A DNA stretch of 44,754 bases, counting the filler, from Jimgerdemannia flammicorona (Eukaryota): NCBI GenBank assembly GCA_003990765.1. It is 2 parts of 2 records of this genome, joined end to end, with 100 filler letters (N's around TTAATTAATTAA, not from the genome) between each part and the next. Parts side by side here need not be neighbours in the genome. Positions count along the whole stretch, not along the records: positions 22,429 to 44,754 come from RBNJ01001299.1; 1 more part is not named here. One strand, 5' to 3'. The stretch's first letter is position 1, and every line of letters starts with the position of its first letter. Shown one piece after another: positions 35,424 to 44,754 of the stretch. A model generated the notes under the pieces. It ran no database searches. It was not told the origin of the DNA and worked only from the letters and a program-made list of their open reading frames with translations. Made by a program: the position numbers and the translations under genes.

Positions 35424-37411
35424 AAAAGACTTCTAAGTATCTAATATAAAATTGTCTAAAATACTAAAGTTCCAAATAGTAGATGTGAGATCAATAAGCT
35501 ACTGATGAAGCTTTAGAAGCTAAAGTTCAGATATACTTATATTATTCCTTTGGTTGTAATATAGGCATATATGTCTGCAAAAATTACAATGCTTGTATAT
35601 CTTTGCCAATATTTACATTCACTCAGCAAGCTTTGAACATTGTTTTGCTTGCCATAATAATTATAAACTACGCCTATACATCTATTTATTAAAGACTCAA
35701 AAATGCAGCTTTGAATGATAGTGTATGGCTATACACATCTGCATATTTACCTGCAAAAATGTGAACATAAAGATCTTGAAGATTAGCTTACATTGAAGAA
35801 ATTCACTAGAAATATATAAATGGGAGGAATTTGGGGAACTTGGATAAAAGCAGTTCTTTTTCATATCAAGTAAGTAGATAGCACAGAATTCAGCTATCTC
35901 AACATTTGGGTCATCTACCAGGACTCTCAACTGGTTCTACAGACACTTTATATAAGGATTCCTTAAGAAAGACATCACACTCACTAATAACCCCCTACTC
36001 TGCTCAACCACTCGGCTTATCTGGAATTTACCTCACAGTAGAATGATGAACACCAGACTGCGACATATAACCACAAGATGACGATAGACTGCAGTAAGAA
36101 CTGTGAGATGCCAGACTGCAGAATGGTGAATAATGTACATTGAATCTTGAGGCCAGTATGCATCTGATAACTCGTAACTCGCGAAATTCCATGCAAGTTG
36201 CAGGACAAGGAGACAAGGGACTGCATTGCAGACAATGATAGATAGCTGGACCCGTCATTTGCCACTCTTCACTCACCACCACTCTCTGCTCACCCACACT
36301 GCTCACCACTCACTGCTCACTGCTCACCACTCACTACTCACTACTCACCACTCACTACCAGCCGCTGCCACTCATTCCTAGCCCAGGTATATGCAGATGA
36401 TGATGGATAGCAGGATGGCGAGGGGTGGTTGTTGCCTGAGAAATATTGGATATTTTGCATCATGCTGGAATCTGTTGAGGCCTAAAATGAACCTGCCGAT
36501 GAATAACCCCCTAGCACATATGTAACCAAATCATCCGAAATTCCACATACATAACCCATCAATAAGGGACAAGGGACCGCAGGACAAGGGGACAAGGGAG
36601 CAGGACGATGAGGGGCCCAGAGATCTCAGAATGACAGACCACAGATAGACATTGGATGGTGGACTGCAGGATAGATGATGGACGGTGGGCTGCAGGACAC
36701 TATTAGCATATATGTGGCAACCAAGTCAAAACTGCACACTATAATACAAACATACCATGTATTCTATCGATTTGCAGTATATGTGTAGAGAATATCCCTC
36801 CAAAAAAACATTGAAAAACCAAATGCCAGAGGACCTCATAAAGCTTCCGAGCCTAGCCAGAGGATGATCGATCCCTACCGCTGTGGCTGCCCTTGATGCA
36901 TGCAGGTGCAGGGGGCCAGCGTATGTGGGCAGCGTATGTGGGTGGTGTGTGTGGGTGCAGTGCATGCGGGTGTGTGGTGATTTGAGAGAGGTTACTATCT
37001 CTACGATGCAGCTCAAGGTGGTACATGGTAAATGTCATAGATCAGAGTCAAATACTGGAGGACAGAGTTGAACGAGTCATGTCATTGCAAGCTTTTGGGA
37101 GGTATTTAAAGGGAAAAAAGGGTAAATAAACAAATCAAAATCGAAGACACACCTTTTAAAGTCACCAAGCCCCAATGCCCACATGTGTCCACACCCCCCC
37201 CCACTTCAGGGATGAGCAAGAATCATCCACGCCATTCTCTGTGGCATCTACTACTGATGTTTGGCCAAATGGAAATCTAATTCATATACAGAAAAAGAAT
37301 AATGGCACAATGATCACCTCTACATTTCCATGTAACTATGCCAAACAAGCCATACTCTAAAAAAGGAAACTGTATGCTCCCAACAAGCTATACTTTAAAA
37401 AAGGAAACTGC

Positions 37412-39631
37412 ATGCTCCCAACACCCTCAATACTCTCTTTGCAAAATTCACTTAGTCGCCTCCCTCCACTTACCATACATCAGCAAGAGTTCAAAGCTAT
37501 AGTAAAAATTTGCTCTTCTGAAATCCCCTTTGACAATGGTGATGATGATGGTAATGAGAATCCCATTGATGAGAATCCTGTTGATGAGCCTCCTAGCGAA
37601 AGCAGTAAAAGTAAGGAAAAACAGAAGGTGCATGATGTTGAAAGCAGTAGCAAGAAAAGGAGGGAGAGACCACCAAAGATGACCAAGGACAAATTGACAC
37701 CAAACTTAAAGGGTAAAAACAAGGCTCTACCTGCCATCTCTGCTCCTGATAGTGATGAGGAACGTGAAGGCAGCAAAAGAAAGAAGGAGAGACCAAAAAA
37801 GAGTAAAAACAAGGCTACTGTTCTGGTGACTTTATCTACTGTTCCAGAGGCTTTACCTACCACACCAGCATTTGAGAGCCTCAAACACATGAAACCTTTT
37901 CTCTCCAAACCTTCTATCATCCCAAAACATCTCGGCGACATTCCATCTCCATCCATTATTGAGGTCTTTCAACATTTCTTCCCCAATGAGATGCTAAAGA
38001 CCATTGTTATTAATACAAATTATTATGCCACTTTGAAGGATGCTGGAGAGGGTGGTAGCAGAGAGTGGAACAATCTAACAATACCAGAGCTCCTTATCTT
38101 CATTGCTATCTGCATCTATTTTGGCCTTTTCTGTACTGGTAGACCTATTGAGTAGATGTGGGATAAAAAGGACCTCCGAAAGCCAAATAACCTCATCACC
38201 AACTATATGGCCTTAATTCAGTTCTAGCAAATCAAGTGATTCCTTCACATCTCTCTGAGTGATCACTACAAATACAAAGGCGACTATTATGCAAAGCTCA
38301 AGCCACTGCTGTCTCACATCTGAACCACCTCTCAATTGATATATCGCCCAAGTTTCAATGTATCCATCAATGAAATAATAGTATGTTTCACAGGCAGGAG
38401 TCTATATACCTATCACTTGAAGAACAAACCGACCCCAGAAGGTTTCAAAATCTTTGCCTTGTGTGACTATGGCTACACATGGACATTCCTACTAGTGTCA
38501 TGAGTCGCTAACAATACGGAGATCAAGAACGAGAATGAGAACATTAGAGAGCTCACCGAAATGGCAAAAATCATAGTCCACCTTATTGAACAGCTGCCAT
38601 TCAAGGTTCAGGCATTCAACGTCTACATGGACAACTTCTTCTCCAGTATTCTGCTGTTCAAATATCTATAATCAAAGGGAGTTGGAGCATATGGGACAGT
38701 TAGAACAAACTCAATGGACTTCTCTCACCAACTTAAAATTGACAAAAAGGAAAAGGCAAACTATGATTGGGATACTACATCAGGCATGGTTATTGACGAA
38801 GTCCTGGCCTTGGTATGGATAGACAATGCCATGATTACAATGCTGACAACCATTCACGAACTCATTGGACCAGTGTGGAAAATTGAAAGAGAATAATGCC
38901 ATCCAAGAATCAATCAAACTAATAAGGCTAGGGTTCAGGAAACCTGGAGAGACAGTTCTGCAAAAAAAGTTACAATTCCAAGAGTCATCGATGATTATAA
39001 TCACCATATGGGTGGAGTTGACATTGCTGACCAATGTCGAGAGTACTATAATATATAGATCACAGCCTGTCGAAATTGGCTACCACTATTTTTTTGGTTG
39101 TTGGATACTGCTGTCGTCAATTCATACCTGGCCTGTAAGGCTGCTGGGTTGAAGGCAGACCATGGTACATCTTGGCTTGAATTGGTTTGGGACCTTATAA
39201 AGATAGTAAGGATAAAAGAAAAAGGAAACGAAATACAAACAAGATCACGCAAACATTCACAAAATGAGGAATTGCCAGACCTGTCACCAGATTTGCAGTC
39301 AAGCCTGCCACCAGACCCACAGTCAAGCCTCCTGCCAGACCTGCCATCAGACCTAATAGAACCAGACATACCATGAGCAAAACATCCTCGCATCACAAAG
39401 TACTCCAATAATCTGAATCTCTCCCAACTTCTTCCCAGCAATCATCTACCTATCTTCAGAGATAAGCATGAAGCATGTATGTGGTGTTGCATGTAAGCAA
39501 AGGCAGGCAAAACCATGATCAACAAAAAGAACCCACCCTAGAGCAATGTCATCTGTCAAACATACAATATCATCCTTTGTCTGAATCAAGAATGCAACTG
39601 TTTTACTGAATATTATACTCAAAAAGAGTAA
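37412..39631 (+). pseudogene. piggyBac-family transposase, disrupted
   Basis: FQHFFPNEMLKTIVINTNYYA, ELLIFIAI, SINE (decayed SIDE), KNKPTPEGFKIFALCD, YMDNFFSS, WIDN, IDDYNHHMGGVDIADQ, FFWLLDTAVVNSYL, C-terminal Cys-rich domain. Confidence 0.93.
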
Positions 39632-39779
39632 GTTGTAATATATCAATGAAAGGACTGGTGTAATAAATGTAAGGTGCAAATATACACCAATGAAAGGACT
39701 GGCATAATAAATGTAAGGTGTAAACAAATAAAGTTAGAATGATACATATGTACATATGTGATCCAAACAAATATCAGTC

Positions 39780-42122
39780 TTATTTACGTAGTGGTGCTCT
39801 GACCACTCTGCCCATCCTACACCTTGGATTCTCGCACCTTGAATTCCCATACCTTGGATTCCCCCCCCACTTCTCCTGTAATGTCATTTGATGCATTCCC
39901 ATAGACACCTTCTCTGGATTCATTATATGTAGCTGCTTGTCAAACAAGATTAGCAACTCATCATGACTCACATATTTCCTTGGTATATACAAGTTGTCCT
40001 CACCTGCAACCTTTTAAAAGAGCACCTTGTAGAATGCGCATATGAAATGCCTCTAACAATCTCTCTGAAAGTATTCCGAAAATATAGGTAGGACCAATTC
40101 CACAAACCTATGTTGCATCATTTCACACTTCTTTGACCAGATGTCATCGAGATCACCACACCATAACAATGACAAGCACTTCTTCTTGTCTTCCAGAACC
40201 CTTGATCATTGCTTGCCTGATGGCCCATTGTACTCAGAGCATATCCAGAGGAATACGTAAAAGAATGACTCGAGATCATGTTGACACTCATACAGTTTTC
40301 CGAAGAGAACTTCAATGGCCATGAAAGGGCCCATTCTGGTGTGGTTATTGCTCTTGGACTCCTGTCTCATTTTGCAGATCGTGTAGTCGAGGTTGATGAT
40401 GAATCCATGCCTATTAGCCCCGATTATGATATTGTTCACCGAGATATCGCGGTGGAGAAGGTCAACATCCTCATACAATTGCTGGTGACCCTCGATGCTA
40501 TCATGCAATGCTTGAACTAGCTCCAATTGATTCTCGAAGCTGAAGATCGGCTTGCCAAATGTTGACATAATCATATGTGCATGGATGCGATTTTCCAACT
40601 CTAGCTGCAAACTGTGTCAAACATTGCCTTTGATATCATCAAGCTTTCCACATACACGAACCTCTTCATGGTAATAGTACTCAGTAACATACATGTCTTC
40701 GGTGGATGCTTTTATCTTATTGGTCACAAGCTTTAGCATTGGTCCTTCCAACTTGCATTCTACCTGCCACCAGGTATCCTTGATGGTATATGGTGTTTTT
40801 GAATTGCCTTTCTTATATGCTTCCCAACAGATGGTGCCATGACCGCTGACCACTGGGCGAATGAAGATTGGTCTAATGAGAATGAATGTCTCCTTCATCT
40901 TGTTGTGAGTGATATCTATATGGCTGAATACTGTGTTGTCATTCTCCTTTGCAATCTTGATCATCAGGTCATAACCAAGAGTACCGAGGTCCATCATGCA
41001 GAATCCAAAGATGATACAAACAAAGATTGTTGTATCACTTACAATGTCGATTGGGAGTGAGCTAATGCCACTGGCTTGATCAAACTTTCACAGTCGCATT
41101 CTGGTGCCATACAGCATGAAACTGAGTACAAATCAATGGTTGGATTGCATGCCAAATACTTTGCGGGTATAGCTGGTGAGCTGTATATCCATAGCTGAAT
41201 TATCTTTTGAATTCAATACCTTTTGCTCGACAATGAGATGGATATAGTGCCAATGAATGGGCTGGTTTTCTGAAGGCACATCATCAGGATACATGACAGT
41301 ATTATCTAAGCAGTGGTTTGCTCTATTACTGGTGAGTGGCTTGTTCACATGGTTGTAATACACTATGACATCTTTTCTGCTCTCTTGATTGTTCACTAAC
41401 CGAATAATGAGTTGAGTCAGGTTATCAAGCCAATCATAGCAGTTCTTCTCTTTGGCAGCTGATAGAAATGACTTGAATTCTTTTGAGGTCTTGATCTTGT
41501 CGGCAATAGGTTGGGCATTCCACGAAGGGAATATAGTTTTGACAAAGTGAGCAATGTTGTGATGTAATTTGCCTTCAAGTTCTTGCTTAAAGATGAGATC
41601 CACTGATTGATGTGTTTGTATTGTGCTTTGAATGCTAGCACTGGTTGTATGTGCGGGTATCGATTTTACTGTGAAAAGCGAATAAAAGAGGTCAGAAACA
41701 TTCTCAAACCTTCAAACATCTCTGGTATATACCATAAACATACCTTTAGAGGCCTTAGATTCTGGGCTCAATGAGGATGATAGTGTGATGAACTCAAACT
41801 CGGATTCAGGGAAGACAATTACATGGATTCGCTCAGCGGGAGGCTGTCTGGAGAAATATCTGCTAATGTTCCTTATCGCCAGCATCTCATCTCTGTTATT
41901 CTTACTGAGGAGGTTCTTGATTTCAGCATCATCATTATCAGGAAGGTTAACATTCCAGAGTGTGAGCTTGCTTGCTAGTAGATGCTTGTGGAATTCTGGC
42001 GTAAACCAAATCGACTCCTTGAACTCTGCAATGGTCTCTTCACTATCAGTTGAGATGGAAAAAGCATGCTTAGCAGCAGGGAAGTCACCACAGATAAGGC
42101 AAAGGAGGGCGAGTAGTACCAT
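39780..42122 (-). pseudogene. Crinkler (CRN) N-terminal domain fused to FunK1 fungal protein kinase, disrupted
   Basis: LLCLICGD...AFSI...ASKLTLWNV...IHVIV (CRN); intron 41743-41669; HWHYIHLIVEQK, LGYD, GHGTICW, IKDTW, LLHRDISVNNIII, GPFMAIEVL, HDLESFFYVFLWIC (FunK1). Confidence 0.88.
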
Positions 42123-42449
42123 AGTGTTGTTTTGCTCATTCAAATATCTCAAACATTGTCGATTTAAAGGAGTGTATATGTCTAAAAGAGGTTATTTATG
42201 TCCCAGTTTTACCTTTCCTGGAAGCTGAGCCACAAATGTGACATCACACAGTGTGACATCACACACAAGTGTGATATTTATACTATGACATCATAGCCAA
42301 CAGCCAATCATATTTTAGCAAGCAAATTTGCCTACATCTTTAAATTTACCTGCATTTTTCTTACAACCAAAGAGATAAAATAGAGCTATAAATTTCTGAC
42401 TCTAGTGTATTTCTAGTTTTGAAGCTCTTCAATATTAGAGAGTATTTGA

Positions 42450-43200
42450 GTCTTCATCTTTAATATAGAATAATATTCTAAGAATATAGTAAAAATATAA
42501 AGAAGAGGCTTATTATATTCTTTATATTCTATAATATCTATTTAATAAATTATATAATAAATAAGTTAAAATTATTAATAAATAAATATATCAAATAATA
42601 TAGAATACTATTAATATCTTTAATAATAAAAGAAGATACATAAAGCTGATCTCAGCACTCTGAAGCAGTAAATGTAATAGTAGAGTCAAAGATAGAATTT
42701 TTAAAGATACAAAGTTCTGGCCATTATGATATTTTTGTAAAATAAGTATTAAGTATTCTCAATAGCTCAGTAATACTCTATATAGTAAATTTGTTATAAA
42801 AATATTATACTGTTAAAGAAATAAGCATTATAAATAGGCCAAGGTCAGTAGTATATATGTGATCAAAAGATAGTGTATAGTAGATATTAAAAAACTTATA
42901 TTCCTAGAATATATTTTTCATAAGTCAAAATAAGTATTCTTATATAATATTTTATATATTAGTGATACTGTTTAACTGCTTGAATATAAGAACTACTTGC
43001 TGAAGTTTTTTTATCTTTACTTCAGTATATCATAGTTCTTCTAGCTTATATAGATTTATTAATATTAAGAGTATTAAACTACTGATTAAAAATAAAACAA
43101 CCATAATATCTATATTTCAAGTTCTATGATCTATATATAGTATGACAATATCTTCAAAATCAGTAATATCAGAATTCAGAAGACTGCCTTAATTTTACAA
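42450..43200 (-). mobile_element. Strongly eroded Plavaka-like transposase relic
   Basis: FDHIYTTDLGLF (~42867-42832; cf. PDRMHxxDLGLF), WPELCIFKN (cf. PGLxxF) and TASEC in the expected order; upstream ITDFE. Confidence 0.45.
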
Positions 43201-44754
43201 GCCACTGATTACAAATTATAACTCAACTATAACTCATCTTAATTATAAGATAATCTGCAACTAAATATATAATGACTCATAATGAGCCTAGTAGTATACT
43301 ACTACTAGTCAGGTGACTCTACTCTCTGGATTAAAGGAGAAGACCTTCAAAATATAAAAAAGTACTAAGAGAAGAAGTATAAAGTATTAATTACAAATAG
43401 AAGACTTATTACAAAACAAAATATCTGTTATCTATCAAACAGCCAGATCAAAGAGCCACCCAGATCTATTAGTTTAAGAATAAATATTCACTAATATCAA
43501 GAGAGCAATAAGGCTATATACAAGAAGGATCTATAGTCTAAATCTCTATATAAAAAACCCTTATCACTATACTCTCAACTGCTAGAAATAGAGATAAGAA
43601 TTATCACTGCTGCTGAGTATCTTTAGATATAGTAAGAATATGAGCTGGGACATCATCTCTGCTAAGAGTTCATATAAGCCAGCTCTCAAGAAATTGTAAA
43701 TACTATATACATAGACAGATATGAATAAAAACTGGCCAAAAGAGTCTATCAAATCTTCAGACATATACTCTGGAGTATTCTCAATCTAGAATATATCAAA
43801 GTCTCTGATATCTAAGTATTGACAAGTCACTGTACAGACTACCTCAAGAAAATAGTTGTAGAAGAGGCCCAATCTACTATCACAGTCAAGAGTAATAAGG
43901 TTTAAGATCTTTGGAATCCTATTCTAAAAGACAATCTAGACTAATTCATTCATAGTCTGATTGTACTATTTTAAGACCCTTCCTTAAGAGTCTACTATCT
44001 CTAAAATTTTACAAATATTCCTTACTTTGTAGATGACCTCACTATTTACTGGAGACCTCAAGAGCAGAATGATCTTATACTTCTTGATAATATCACTCTC
44101 TCAGATAATTTGGTGAATAATGGCAATCTACTTATTTTATTGAAAAATAATATCAATAACTTCCTTTCCTCATTTCTAGATCCCCTCACTGACTTCAGTA
44201 CAATTGTGGAGGATGTAGAAAATAATTTTGCTGAACTCTCTAAAGAAAATGAGAAGGAGAATGAGGATGATATAATCTTAGTTATATTGAATTTTAAGAT
44301 ATATAAGGATGACTCTATTAGCCAAATTGGGTAAGTTAGTTAGTTATACAAATAGTGACTATATATTAACTAGCTAAATTTGTCACAAATATAAAATTAG
44401 CTTTATCCAGTTAATTAGTCATCTGAATTTCAAAAGTATACTAAATAATATTTTCTAGAAATTGTAAGTTACAACTAATTACCTAGCCTTATTTTTAGCC
44501 TAAAAGTTGTATAAATACTCTCTGATCTGTAGTGAATAAATCTCAGTCAGCTTAAGTTTGAAGTAAAAAGAAGTTTTATAGAGAAACACACTGCCTTCAA
44601 GAGAATAAATAATTTTAGAGATCAAAATATCTATCTGGAGCATAAAGCTTAGAGATTGAGAAGATGAATCACTCTTACTACTACTACTACTATAAAATCA
44701 GAATATGCTACTATAGTTAGATAAGAAAATAACTATTATTAAGAAATTGAAACT

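Noticed and set aside
35990..37400. Possible cargo gene upstream of the piggyBac transposase
   Set aside because: Only short ORFs and CTCAC microsatellite-like repeats; no consistent exon chain or motif found.
43200..44754. Possible gene or TE ORF (acidic ORF 44110-44334)
   Set aside because: Too eroded to assign; no motif recovered.

Overview
TE-dense eukaryotic DNA, most likely from an early-diverging fungus (inferred from short spliceosomal introns, a Crinkler-FunK1 gene and the TE families present). It consists of two ~22.3 kb pieces joined by an artificial N44-TTAATTAATTAA-N44 spacer (22329-22428). Left half: a decayed L1/Tx1-like LINE, two unknown decayed ORFs, hAT-type MITEs with 8-bp TSDs, a ~6.5 kb hAT transposon, retroelement relics, and a CpG-rich island with one apparently intact host gene (membrane-anchored GDSL/SGNH esterase). 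The hAT carries, besides its transposase, a spliced and decayed gene with a TET/JBP-like 2OG-Fe(II) dioxygenase signature. Right half: a Ty3/gypsy-like element (gag-PR-Cys-rich/F-box-like-dUTPase, tRNA-Pro PBS) whose 5' LTR forms a ~1.44 kb head-to-head palindrome with a sister LTR. It also holds a complete chromovirus with a hidden in-frame dUTPase between gag and protease, a piggyBac transposase pseudogene, a CRN-FunK1 kinase pseudogene and a Plavaka-like relic. Almost all repeats are heavily eroded by C>T/G>A transitions. All calls come from manual motif reading; no database searches were run.
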